From positions 1 through 63,122 of the forward strand of contig DGNT01000176.1 in the NCBI GenBank assembly GCA_002389055.1: DNA of 63,122 nt, written 5' to 3'. Origin of the DNA: Alcanivorax sp. UBA4485 (lineage in GTDB: Bacteria > Pseudomonadota > Gammaproteobacteria > Pseudomonadales > Alcanivoracaceae). This document shows positions 27,327 to 37,702 of the stretch, in pieces (positions within the stretch are counted from its first letter, which is position 1; each line of letters opens with the position of its first letter). Made by a program: the position numbers and the translations under genes. The notes under the pieces are model-generated. The model saw nothing but the letters and a program-made list of their open reading frames with translations. It had not been told where the DNA came from and searched no databases.

Positions 27327-27468
27327 GTGGGAGCGGGCCATGCCCGCGAAAGGGTGGCGCCAGCCACCCGGCAGGATTCCAGAGACCTGGTTGGCATCCC
27401 GCTTTCCAAGCTCTCTGGAATCCTGCCGGCCGGCTTTGCCGGCCTTTCGCTTGCAGGCAAGCTCCTAC
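27327..27468. repeat. REPIN copy 4, between moxR and DUF58
   Basis: GTGGGAGCGGGC...GCAAGCTCCTAC nested IR. Confidence 0.9.
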
Positions 27469-27519
27469 AAGCGCCGCCCCCACAAGAGGTCAGGCCGCGC
27501 GGCTGTATCCGTGCGTCCT

Positions 27520-28485
27520 TCATTGCCGTGGCGCCTCCACCTGCTCCAGCAGTTGCGCGAGCACCGATTCCACGGTCTGGCCTTCCAGTTCCGCGTCCAC
27601 GCCCAGGCGCAGACGGTGGCGCAGCACCGGTGCCGCCACCGCTTTGACGTCGTCGGGCACCACGAAATCGCGGCCGCTGAGCAGCGCCTGGGTCTTGGCG
27701 GTGCGCGCCAGCGCGATGCTGGCCCGCGGGCTGCCGCCCTGGATCAGGCTGGGGTGCTCGCGGGTGGCGCGCACCAGGCGCAGCAGGTAGTCGACGATGG
27801 CCGGGTCGATCAGCACCTGTTCGGCGCTGCGGGTCAGTTCGAGGATGCCGGCGGCGTCGGTGACCGGTGTCAGTTGCGCCGCGTCCAGGCTGTCCGGCAG
27901 CCGCCCGTCGAGCACCATCTCCACCATGCGGGATTCGTGCTCCTGATCCGGGTAGTCGATCAGGATCTTGAACAGGAAGCGGTCCAGCTCCGCCTCCGGC
28001 AGCGGGTAGGTGCCTTCCTGGTCGAGCGGGTTCTGGGTGGCCAGCACCACGAACGGCGGCGCCAGCGGGAAGCTTTCGCCCTCGATGGTGATCTGCCGCT
28101 CCTGCATCACTTCCAGCAGCGCCGCCTGGGTCTTGGCCGGCGCCCGGTTGATCTCGTCGGCGAGCAGCAGGTTGGTGAAGGCCGGGCCCTTGCGCACCCG
28201 AAAATCGCCGCTCTGGCTGTCGAACAGGGCGTGGCCGGTGACGTCGGAGGGCATCAGGTCGGGGGTGAACTGGATGCGCTGAAAGTCCAGCTCCAGCACC
28301 CGGGCCAGGCTGCGCGCCAGCAACGTTTTGCCGAGCCCGGGCACGCCTTCGATCAGCACGTGGCCGCCGGTGATCAGGGCGATCAGCACCTGCCGGGTGA
28401 TCGCCGGCTGGCCCACCAGCACCTGGTTAAGCTGCTCTTCGATGCGGCGCGCCAGGGCGCCGGCCTGTTCCGTCTGGCTGGTCAT
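27520..28485 (-). CDS. moxR: MoxR-family AAA+ ATPase
   Basis: GHVLIEGVPGLGKT, RIQFTPDLMPSD, LLADEINRAPAKTQ, ATQNP. Confidence 0.95.
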   Translation of the reverse strand: MTSQTEQAGALARRIEEQLNQVLVGQPAITRQVLIALITGGHVLIEGVPGLGKTLLARSLARVLELDFQRIQFTPDLMPSDVTGHALFDSQSGDFRVRKGPAFTNLLLADEINRAPAKTQAALLEVMQERQITIEGESFPLAPPFVVLATQNPLDQEGTYPLPEAELDRFLFKILIDYPDQEHESRMVEMVLDGRLPDSLDAAQLTPVTDAAGILELTRSAEQVLIDPAIVDYLLRLVRATREHPSLIQGGSPRASIALARTAKTQALLSGRDFVVPDDVKAVAAPVLRHRLRLGVDAELEGQTVESVLAQLLEQVEAPRQ

Positions 28486-29795
28486 AAACGGCTCCTCAGG
28501 GTTTGCAGTATCGCCACCCGGTCAGCCCATTGCTGGCGGTCCCGGGGGCGCGGTGGTTGGGTGTCGCCGCCGCTGTCCAGGGCGTCGCGTAAATCGGCTT
28601 CCGGCAGACTCAGCCGCTGGGCGGCGATCGCCAGGGCTTTGTCCGGGTCCGGGTGAAGCAGGTCCAGGCGCCGCCGCGCGCTGTCGCGCAGCGGTGCCGT
28701 CAGCCGCTCGCTCTGGCCGGTGCGCCAGTGGAAATGGCCCAGCGCCAGCAAGTGGCCGAGATAATCGGTGCGGTCGGCTTCGGCGGCGTGCCATTGCGGC
28801 CCCGGGCGCGGCAGGCGCCGCCACAGCCAGGCCGCCAGGGCGAGCAGCAGGGCCAGCATCGGCGGCCAGGCGTGCTGCCACAGCCACAGCGGCAAGGGCG
28901 GCATGTCGATGCCCTGCACGAACCACACCGGGCCTTCGCCGATCAGTCGATGCAGCAGCCAGGCGTGGTCGAAATAGTGCAGGTGCTGGTTGTCCCACAG
29001 CGTCAGGCCGGCGAGCACGGTCAGCTGCCCGTCGCCCCAGGACAGGTGGATCAATTGCTCGCCCTCCGCGTTGCCGGCCTTGGAGAACGGCAACTCGGGC
29101 AGCAAATCGGTGGGGCGGTGTTGCAGGGCCTGGCCCGGCGAGGCCAGCAGTTGCCGGGGCGGGCCGTCGGTGAACCCGAGGATCGCCGGGGCGGGCAACG
29201 GCGGCGCCTCGCAGGTGAGCGCCTCGCACTGCGGCGCCAGCTCGCCGTCGTTGTCGCCCAGACAATATTCCAGGAACAGGCTTTGCATGGGCTGGAAGCG
29301 GTCCATCAGGGTGGCGAAGGGGTCGTCTTCCTGGTCCGTTTCCACCGCCACCGCGTGGAGACCGAACGGCGTCAGCAAGGGGTCGTCGTCGCCGCCGGGC
29401 TGGTCGTCGCCCTCATTCTGTTCGCCGGTGTCGTCGGCCACATAGTGGTACGCCGGGCGGGCGGCGACGATCAGATGCCCGCCGCGCTCCACCCAGTCGA
29501 ACAGGGCGTCGATGCGGCCGCTGCCCAGCTCGCCTCGGTATTCATCCAGGACCAGGGTGGTGCCGGTGTCCGGCAACGGAAACAGGGCGCCGGTGCTGAA
29601 GATGCGGCGGGTGGGGCGCTGCCAGTTTTCCAGCAGGGTCTGCGCGGCCAGGTAGGGGTTGCCGCGCACCGAGGCGTCCGGCGTGGCCGGCGCCATATAG
29701 CGCACCGGCTCGGTGGCCCAGACATAGAACACCAGGGCGGCGACCACCAGCAGCAGGGCCAGGGCGCCCCAGAATTTGCCGCGCCGCCGGCTCAT
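28482..29795 (-). CDS. DUF4350 membrane-anchored protein
   Basis: NPYLAAQ...WVERGGHLIV; position in the MoxR cluster. Confidence 0.75.
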   Translation of the reverse strand: MSRRRGKFWGALALLLVVAALVFYVWATEPVRYMAPATPDASVRGNPYLAAQTLLENWQRPTRRIFSTGALFPLPDTGTTLVLDEYRGELGSGRIDALFDWVERGGHLIVAARPAYHYVADDTGEQNEGDDQPGGDDDPLLTPFGLHAVAVETDQEDDPFATLMDRFQPMQSLFLEYCLGDNDGELAPQCEALTCEAPPLPAPAILGFTDGPPRQLLASPGQALQHRPTDLLPELPFSKAGNAEGEQLIHLSWGDGQLTVLAGLTLWDNQHLHYFDHAWLLHRLIGEGPVWFVQGIDMPPLPLWLWQHAWPPMLALLLALAAWLWRRLPRPGPQWHAAEADRTDYLGHLLALGHFHWRTGQSERLTAPLRDSARRRLDLLHPDPDKALAIAAQRLSLPEADLRDALDSGGDTQPPRPRDRQQWADRVAILQTLRSRL

Positions 29796-31282
29796 GCTTT
29801 GCCCTCCGCCGGGCGCAGTTCGCGCCACTGGTCATAGAGCGCCTGGACCTGTTCCGGCGTGGTGGGGCGGTGCGCCCAGGCGGTGCGGGTCCAGGCCTCG
29901 GTGAGCCGATCCAGGTAGGCCACCGCCGGGGTGTCGCCGAGCAGCCGGCGGTAGGCGCGCAGGCAGTCCTGTTCGGTGGCGCCGGGGGTGAGCGGCGTGG
30001 GGTGCTGGCGGAAGAAGGTTACCAGGGTGTCGCGCAGCAGCAGCGCCAGGGCCTCGCGTACCTGGCCCCGGCGTAGTGCCTCGTCCAGGGCTCCGGCCAG
30101 ATCCGTGGGCAGATTCTCGGCGCGGGTGTCCAGGCCCGCCACCTGCACTGGCATGGCGGTGGGGCGCCGGCGGATCGGCGAGCCGGGCAGGCGGCGCAAC
30201 AGGGCCCAGACGATCACCGCCAGCAGCGCCACCAGCAGGGTCCAGCCCACCGCGTGGATCAGACCTTCCGGCAGACTCAGCGGGTCGCGTCCGGCGTTTT
30301 CCTCCTGGCCGTCGATCAGCCGTTGCAGCAGGTCCCGCCACCAGCTGTCGCCGTCGTTGTCGCGGAACTGTTCTTTCAAGCGGCGCTCTTCGCGCAGCTC
30401 CATGGGCGTGAAGGTGTCCGAGGCGAGCAGCTCCACGGCCTGCTGCTTGCTGTCCGGTTGGTCGGCGTTGCCCGGCGCCGGCAGGCCGGCCAGGCACAGC
30501 ACCATCAGCGCCAGTGCCCCGGCGCCCCGGCTCAGACCCAGCGTGGCGCGGCGCTTGCCGATGCGGGTCAGGCCCAGTTGCAGGTCCCAGCCTTCCAAAT
30601 GGGTGCGCTGATTCAGGTACAGGGCGAAGGAGGTGGCCACATAAAGCGGCTCGGTGACGGTCAGCACCAGATACCAGAACAGGTTGCCCAGGGCCCAGTG
30701 CAGGCGGCTTTGCTCGCCGAACCAGACGCTGAACTCCAGATGGAACTGCCAGGGCGCCAGGGTGATCGCCAGCAGGATCAGCGCCACCGTCATCAGGTGT
30801 TCCAGGGTGAGCACGGTGAGCGTCAGCGTGGCCGGACGCTGCCCGGGGGCACGCAGCAGCACGGCGATGCGCCCGGAAGCGGCGTCGCCGCGGTTGCCTT
30901 CCAGCTGCCAGACACCGGTGAGCATGCCCCGCGCCGGGCTCAGCCGCCGCCAGGTGAGCTGGCCGAGCAGCCCGTTCAGTCCGTACTGCCGAAAGCCTTT
31001 GAGCAGGGCCCAGGGGCTCGGGTAGTCGCCGAACAGGGCGCGGCTGTAGAACGCCAGCAGCGGCCTCTCCCACAGCGGCTTGAGCCACCAGAACAGCAGC
31101 ATTGGCCAGACGCTCTGCCCGGCGGAGGCGAGCCCGGCCAGCGCCACGAAGGGCAGCCCGGTGAACACCAGCCACACCAGCGCCGCCGACCGCCACCAGT
31201 GGCGGTACAGGCGCGTGCCCATATCCATGGCCTGCCAGCAGGAGCGCGGGGCCAGACGGGCGTTGAGCTTATTCAGATCCAT
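29792..31282 (-). CDS. DUF4129 membrane protein
   Basis: PRSCWQAMDMG, LYLNQRTHLEGWD, GATEQDCL. Confidence 0.8.
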   Translation of the reverse strand: MDLNKLNARLAPRSCWQAMDMGTRLYRHWWRSAALVWLVFTGLPFVALAGLASAGQSVWPMLLFWWLKPLWERPLLAFYSRALFGDYPSPWALLKGFRQYGLNGLLGQLTWRRLSPARGMLTGVWQLEGNRGDAASGRIAVLLRAPGQRPATLTLTVLTLEHLMTVALILLAITLAPWQFHLEFSVWFGEQSRLHWALGNLFWYLVLTVTEPLYVATSFALYLNQRTHLEGWDLQLGLTRIGKRRATLGLSRGAGALALMVLCLAGLPAPGNADQPDSKQQAVELLASDTFTPMELREERRLKEQFRDNDGDSWWRDLLQRLIDGQEENAGRDPLSLPEGLIHAVGWTLLVALLAVIVWALLRRLPGSPIRRRPTAMPVQVAGLDTRAENLPTDLAGALDEALRRGQVREALALLLRDTLVTFFRQHPTPLTPGATEQDCLRAYRRLLGDTPAVAYLDRLTEAWTRTAWAHRPTTPEQVQALYDQWRELRPAEGKA

Positions 31283-32258
31283 GCCGCCCTCCCTGGCCCT
31301 GGCGTTGCCGGCCGGCGAACAGCAGGTACAGCGCCAGCAGCGCCCAGCAGGCGGCGCCCACGCCGTATTTGATCTGTGGCGCCAGCTCCCGGGACGACCA
31401 GAACGCCTCGATGAACGCGGCCAGCACCAGCAGCGCGAACACGCCGTACATTACCGGCAGGCACTCGGCGGCGGCGCGCCGCAGGGCGTCCACCCGTCGC
31501 CAGGAGCCGGGCGCCAGCACCGCCCAGCCCATGCGCAGCCCGGCGCCGCCGGCCAGGAAGATGGCGGTCAGTTCCGGGGCGCCGTGGGCGATCACGAAGG
31601 TGAAGAACGGTTGCGCCGCGCCGGCCAGGGTCAGGTGCCCGGCGGCGGCGCCGAAAAAGCTGCCGTTGAACAGCATGGCCACCAGCGCGCCCACGCCCAG
31701 CAGCAGGCCGCCGGCGAAGGTGCGGAAGGCGATGCCGATGTTGTTGTAGATGTAGTAGCCGAACATCATCACGTCGTCCTGGCGGTCGCGGCCGGCCACG
31801 TCGCGCAGGTCCGGGTGGTACATCTCTTCCAGCTCGGCCACCTGCTGGGGGCCGACCACGGTGTGCACCAGCTCCGGGTCGTGCAGGATCATCGCCCACA
31901 CCAGGCCGGCGGAGAGCACGAAACAGAGCGTGCTGATCAGATGCCAGCGCCATTGGTGGCGCACCGCGCGCGGAAAACCGCCGGTGAAAAACGCCACCAG
32001 ACCCGGCAGCAGCGGCGTGCGATAGCGGTACAGTTGGCGGTGGGCGCGCAGCATCAAATCGTTGAGGTATTCCTGCAGTGCCAGGCTGTAGCCGCGCTCG
32101 CGGGCCAGCGCCAGCTGGTGGCAAAGGCTCTGATAGTCGGCGGTGAAATCGGTGAGCGCCGCCGCCTTCGGACGGCGGCGGGCTTCCAGCGCGGTGAGGC
32201 TGGTTTCCAGCCTGTCCCACTGGGGCCGGTAACGTTGCTCGAACTGGCTTTGCCTCAT
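31269..32258 (-). CDS. SpoIIM/DUF95 membrane protein
   Basis: YIYNNIGIAFRTFAGG, HGAPELTAI. Confidence 0.9.
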   Translation of the reverse strand: MRQSQFEQRYRPQWDRLETSLTALEARRRPKAAALTDFTADYQSLCHQLALARERGYSLALQEYLNDLMLRAHRQLYRYRTPLLPGLVAFFTGGFPRAVRHQWRWHLISTLCFVLSAGLVWAMILHDPELVHTVVGPQQVAELEEMYHPDLRDVAGRDRQDDVMMFGYYIYNNIGIAFRTFAGGLLLGVGALVAMLFNGSFFGAAAGHLTLAGAAQPFFTFVIAHGAPELTAIFLAGGAGLRMGWAVLAPGSWRRVDALRRAAAECLPVMYGVFALLVLAAFIEAFWSSRELAPQIKYGVGAACWALLALYLLFAGRQRQGQGGRHGSE

Positions 32259-32932
32259 GCGCCCCCCAACACGTGCCGCGCCACCCGTTGCAGTTTTTCC
32301 CGGGCGGCGGCGGGGGACAGCTCCGGGTAGGCGAGGGCGGCCAGCTCTTGCTGGCGCTCCGTGGAGAGCCGCGCGCCGCGGTCGGTGAACGCCAGCAACA
32401 CCAGTTGGTCCTCACGGCTGAGCGGCCAGTCCGGTGCCTCGCTGTCGCCGTCCTGGTGGGGCCGCGCCGGGCGCGCCGGCGGCGTATGGATCACCAGGGT
32501 GTCGGCGGCCAGGTCGCCGAGCCGCTGCGCGCGCCGGGTAACCAGCATCACCAGGAAGCCGGTGAGATAGAACATGGGAAACAGATCGGCGGTGCGCAGC
32601 AGATTGCGCACCAGGCTGCCGTTAAAGCCCAGCGGCGCGCCGTTGCCATGCACCACCGCCAGACCCATCATGCGCTTGCCCGGCGTGCGGCCCTGCCAGA
32701 GCGCTTCGAACAGCACCGGGTAGAACCATTCCATCAAAAACAGCAGCACCATGTAGAGACCCATGCCGCCGCGTCCGAACAGCATCAGCGGAATGGCGAC
32801 CACCGCCAGGAGCAGGCCGCGAATCGCGAGATCGGTGCCGTAGGCGAGGGCGCGCGGCAACGGCCCGGCCAGGGACAGCGTCAGCCGCGCCCCTTCCGGT
32901 GTATCAATGTGCAGCTGATCATCAATCCGCAC
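32255..32932 (-). CDS. RDD family protein
   Basis: TPEG...RALAYGTD, GRTPGKR, QRLGDLAADT. Confidence 0.9.
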   Translation of the reverse strand: MRIDDQLHIDTPEGARLTLSLAGPLPRALAYGTDLAIRGLLLAVVAIPLMLFGRGGMGLYMVLLFLMEWFYPVLFEALWQGRTPGKRMMGLAVVHGNGAPLGFNGSLVRNLLRTADLFPMFYLTGFLVMLVTRRAQRLGDLAADTLVIHTPPARPARPHQDGDSEAPDWPLSREDQLVLLAFTDRGARLSTERQQELAALAYPELSPAAAREKLQRVARHVLGGA

Positions 32933-33263
32933 GACCGCCCCGGCGCATGAGTTGCATGGCGAGCAGGAACAGCACCACGGTCAGCGACACCTGAACAATG
33001 GCCAGCGTGCGCACCGGTGGCGGATCGAGACACTGCACCACATAGCCGCAGAAATAGAACAGCAGCAGGAAACACAGCCAGGTCAGTGAACGCGGATGCA
33101 ATGTGATCGGCGCCGCCGCCATCAATACCAGCGGGCCATAGAGCACCGCCGCCATGATCACGCCGGCGAAGGTGGGCGTGTCCGGCGGCGCGAACCAGAA
33201 CAGACCGGCGACGCCGAGAACCAGCAACAAAATATAGGTGATGCGCAGCAGGGCGCTCAGCAT
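32922..33263 (-). CDS. DUF2069 membrane protein
   Basis: Four TM segments, WLCFLLLFYF; conserved next to wrbA. Confidence 0.75.
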   Translation of the reverse strand: MLSALLRITYILLLVLGVAGLFWFAPPDTPTFAGVIMAAVLYGPLVLMAAAPITLHPRSLTWLCFLLLFYFCGYVVQCLDPPPVRTLAIVQVSLTVVLFLLAMQLMRRGGRAD

Positions 33264-33284
33264 GGTGTTCCCCCTCGGGTCGGT

Positions 33285-34243
<959 letters not shown>

Positions 34244-34333
34244 GGCGTCACGTTGTCGTCTGATAGGATGGAAGCATTGTAAGGCACCGACCCACAGCTA
34301 CAAGCTTGCCGCGCCAACATTAAAGGAAGCAGT

Positions 34334-35641
34334 GTGAACCAGCACCAGGAAAGCAACGAAGAAGATCCGGTCATTCCGTTCCGCGCGCGGGCACAGTCGG
34401 TGTGGGCGTTTCTCAAGCTGTTGCGGCGCCAGTTCGTGGAGGATGGTTGCCAGTCCAGCGCGGCGGCGCTCACTTACACCACGCTGTTCGCGATCGTGCC
34501 GATCATGACGGTGATGTTCGCGGTGATCGCGGCGATCCCGGCTCTCAACGAACGGGGCCTGGCGATTCAGGAATGGGCCTTTGAATATTTCGTGCCGTCC
34601 GCCGGCGCCGAGATTCTCGAATACCTGAGCAAGTTTTCCCGCCAGGCCACCAACCTGACCGGGCCCGGCGTGCTGATTCTGATCGTTACCGCCATTCTGA
34701 TGCTGCGCACCATCGAGCAATCCCTGAACCGGATCTGGAAAATCCGTCAGCCGCGCAAGGGCCGGGTGAGCCTGATGATGTATTGGGCGGTGCTGTCGCT
34801 GGGCCCGCTGTTGCTGGGCGCGGGGCTTGGTATCTCGTCCTACCTGACGTCGCTGTCGCTGGTCAGTGACACCGTGGCCTATCTGGGCGGCGTGCGGTTC
34901 TGGCTGACGCTGTTGCCGTTTTTCCTGACCACCTCGGTGCTCGCCTTGCTCTATATCGTGGTGCCCAACACCTCGGTGCCGTTGCGTCAGGGGCTGATCG
35001 GCGCGGCGGTGGCGGCGTTGCTGTTTGAATTGGCCAAGGCGGCGTTCGCCCAGTTCATCAAACACGCGCCCAACTATCAGGTGGTCTACGGCGCTTTTGC
35101 CGCGGTGCCGCTGTTCCTGTTATGGATTTATATTTCCTGGATGCTGGTGCTGTTCGGCGCTGAGTTGGTGCGGGCCCTGGTGGTGTTTCAGGAGCATCAA
35201 CGCCGGGTGCCGCGTATGCAGGCGCTGATGCGATTGCTGAATGTATTCTGGGAACGCCAGCGTGACGGGCGAACGCTGCACGCTAACGAGGTGCGCAGGG
35301 TGATGCATGATTCCGGGATCACCCACTGGGATGAATTCCGCAACCTGCTGCAGGACTGTCATCTGATCCGCCGCACCGAGGAAGGCGGCTATGTGCTGAT
35401 CCGCGATCTGCGCGCGCTCACCATGGCCGAGCTGCTGACCCTGGTGCCCTGGCCGGCGGAGCAGCAGCTGCGCATCCACGCCAATGGCAAGGAGTCCTGG
35501 GAAGCGACCCTCAAAACACGCTGTGATCAGGCCCGCGACGGTCTCCGTCAGCCGCTGGACTTTAACCTGGAGGCGTTGTTTGGTAACCGGCTGGACGAAA
35601 GCCGGGATGTAAAAGAGGAGGAAATTCGTGACAACCGCTAG
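34334..35641 (+). CDS. yihY: YihY/BrkB inner-membrane protein
   Basis: [33 protein letters not shown]. Confidence 0.9.
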   Translation: MNQHQESNEEDPVIPFRARAQSVWAFLKLLRRQFVEDGCQSSAAALTYTTLFAIVPIMTVMFAVIAAIPALNERGLAIQEWAFEYFVPSAGAEILEYLSKFSRQATNLTGPGVLILIVTAILMLRTIEQSLNRIWKIRQPRKGRVSLMMYWAVLSLGPLLLGAGLGISSYLTSLSLVSDTVAYLGGVRFWLTLLPFFLTTSVLALLYIVVPNTSVPLRQGLIGAAVAALLFELAKAAFAQFIKHAPNYQVVYGAFAAVPLFLLWIYISWMLVLFGAELVRALVVFQEHQRRVPRMQALMRLLNVFWERQRDGRTLHANEVRRVMHDSGITHWDEFRNLLQDCHLIRRTEEGGYVLIRDLRALTMAELLTLVPWPAEQQLRIHANGKESWEATLKTRCDQARDGLRQPLDFNLEALFGNRLDESRDVKEEEIRDNR

Positions 35642-35909
35642 GATTGCCCGACAAGCCGTGGTCAGTGGCCGCGTCCAGGGTGTGTATTATCGGGCTTCCA
35701 CCCAGCAACAAGCGCGCCGTCTGGCGGTGGCCGGCTGGGTGCGCAACCGCCCCGACGGCAGCGTCGAGGCGTGGCTGGAAGGCGCCCCCGACGCGGTCGA
35801 GGCGCTGCTTGCCTGGATGCGGCGCGGCCCCGAGGGTGCTCGGGTCATGGATATCACCGTGACCGAGACACGGCCCCGGAACGACGCCGATTTTGTAGTA
35901 ACCGATTGA
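35628..35909 (+). CDS. acyP: Acylphosphatase
   Basis: [11 protein letters not shown]...[12 protein letters not shown]. Confidence 0.95.
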   Translation: MTTARIARQAVVSGRVQGVYYRASTQQQARRLAVAGWVRNRPDGSVEAWLEGAPDAVEALLAWMRRGPEGARVMDITVTETRPRNDADFVVTD

Positions 35910-35922
35910 AGAGGCTTCGCCC

Positions 35923-36801
35923 ATGAAGCAGGTGGAAATGGTTAACGGGCACTTGCGCTTCCCGACGCTGCTGAGCGGCGACGGCGAGCCGGTGATTTTA
36001 TTGCACGGTTTCCCCGATACCCATGAAAACTGGGCGGTGCAAATGAAGCTGATCGCCGACGCCGGCTACACCTGCTTCGCGCCGGCACTGCGCGGCTATG
36101 CGCCGTCCTGTCAGCCCGGCAACGGCGACTATTCCCTGCACGCCGCGGTGGACGACCTGCTGGTGTTCGCCAACCAACTGGGCGGGCGCGTGCATCTGGT
36201 CGGTCACGACTGGGGCGCGGCGGTGGGCTACCTGGCCTGCGCCCGCTACCCGGACACCTTCTGCACCTTCACCGCGCTGGCGATCCCGCCGCTCAAGCGT
36301 TTGCCCCAGGCCCTGCTCAAGGTACCCGAGCAGATCAAGCTCAGCGGCTACATGCAGTTTTTCCAACTGCCCATGGCGCCGGAAGCCTGGCTGAAGAAAG
36401 ACGACTTTTCCGGCATCGACAAACTGTGGCGGCGCTGGTCGCCGGACTGGGAACCGGGCCTCTACCTGGACAACGCCAAGCACACCCTGCGCGAGCCGGG
36501 GGTGCTGCCCGCCGCGCTGGGTTGGTACCGGCATCTGATTCGCCTGTGGCGCAAGGAGCAACGTGAGACCCAGGAGTGGCTGGGCATGAACATCACGGTG
36601 CCCACCCAGGTACTGATCGGCGAGCAGGACGGTTGCATGAGCCCGCGCCTGCTGGATCACACTGTCAACCACGGCGATTTCCCCGGCGGGCTGCGCGTGG
36701 AGCGCGTGTCCGGGGCCGGCCATTTCCTGCACCTGGAGCGCCCGGACACCGTCGCCGAGCTGCTGATCGCCCACCTCAAGCGGGGTGAGTGCCTGGCCTG
36801 A
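35923..36801 (+). CDS. Alpha/beta hydrolase (epoxide-hydrolase-like)
   Basis: LLHGFPD, VGHDWGA, AGHFLHLE. Confidence 0.9.
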   Translation: MKQVEMVNGHLRFPTLLSGDGEPVILLHGFPDTHENWAVQMKLIADAGYTCFAPALRGYAPSCQPGNGDYSLHAAVDDLLVFANQLGGRVHLVGHDWGAAVGYLACARYPDTFCTFTALAIPPLKRLPQALLKVPEQIKLSGYMQFFQLPMAPEAWLKKDDFSGIDKLWRRWSPDWEPGLYLDNAKHTLREPGVLPAALGWYRHLIRLWRKEQRETQEWLGMNITVPTQVLIGEQDGCMSPRLLDHTVNHGDFPGGLRVERVSGAGHFLHLERPDTVAELLIAHLKRGECLA

Positions 36802-36869
36802 CGGCGCGCCGACTCGACGGATCAATGGTTCTATTTTACTCTCTTAAGCCTTAGCCACAGAGTCCGATC

Positions 36870-37172
36870 ATGCGTCTGACCGAAGAACAGCAACGACAGA
36901 TCCAGCGGATTGTTCAAGCGCAGCTTGGCAATACGGCGGTGGTGTCCGTGTTTGGTTCCCGGATCGACGATGCAAAGCGGGGCGGTGATCTGGATCTGCT
37001 GATCGAATCGGACGTCCCTGTTCCGCTATTGCAGCGCGCGGCTCTGAAAATAGAACTGGAAAGTGTCCTGGCATTGCCTGTCGATCTGGTCATCACTGAA
37101 CCAGGCAAGGCGCTCAGTTCATTCCAGTCGTTGGCGAAGGCCCGTGCCAGGCGCTTGCCGGAGGCCTCTTGA
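36870..37172 (+). CDS. Minimal nucleotidyltransferase (MNT)
   Basis: VFGSRIDDAKRGGDLDLL. Confidence 0.85.
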   Translation: MRLTEEQQRQIQRIVQAQLGNTAVVSVFGSRIDDAKRGGDLDLLIESDVPVPLLQRAALKIELESVLALPVDLVITEPGKALSSFQSLAKARARRLPEAS

Positions 37173-37696
37173 TGGCGGATGCCCTGGCAGAAGAGCGTCG
37201 TCACCTTGCGCAGTTACTCGAAGCGCTACAGCGTTGCGCCTATTTTCTGGATCATTCCGAACAAAAAATTGATTGGCCCCTGGAAGGCGCAGCCTTGGAA
37301 CAAAGGCGTAAGGACACTGAGCTTTTTGAGACGCTGGCCGCGATCAATGAGCGGTTTGCAAAGCTTCAGGATACGTTGGCGGTCGCCATGCGCCACACGG
37401 CGTTGCTAATGAGCGAAGCGCCGGACAGTTTTCTCAAGGTACTGACGTTTTTCGAGAAACTGGGTGTGCTGGAGTCGGCTGAGCATTGGCAGCAAAGCCG
37501 AATGGCTCGCAATATCGCCGCCCACGACTACGAGACCAACTACGACGCCATCGCGGAGCATTTCAATGCTCTGGAATCCTTAACCGGGTTGCTGTTTCGG
37601 ACGGCTCGGAATCTTATTGGTCGTGTCGCGACTGACCTGGATGTTCGTCCGGCCAGCGGCGATTTTTCCGCGGAGTTCGACCAGCTTTTCGATTGA
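37172..37696 (+). CDS. HEPN-type partner of MNT
   Basis: ERFAKLQD and R-N-I-A-A-H (Rx4H) motif; TGATG coupling. Confidence 0.75.
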   Translation: MADALAEERRHLAQLLEALQRCAYFLDHSEQKIDWPLEGAALEQRRKDTELFETLAAINERFAKLQDTLAVAMRHTALLMSEAPDSFLKVLTFFEKLGVLESAEHWQQSRMARNIAAHDYETNYDAIAEHFNALESLTGLLFRTARNLIGRVATDLDVRPASGDFSAEFDQLFD

Positions 37697-37702
37697 CCTC
37701 CA

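Noticed and set aside
6826-27468. CRISPR array
   Set aside because: The repeats are dispersed, long and degenerate rather than regularly spaced 23-47-nt repeats; no cas genes
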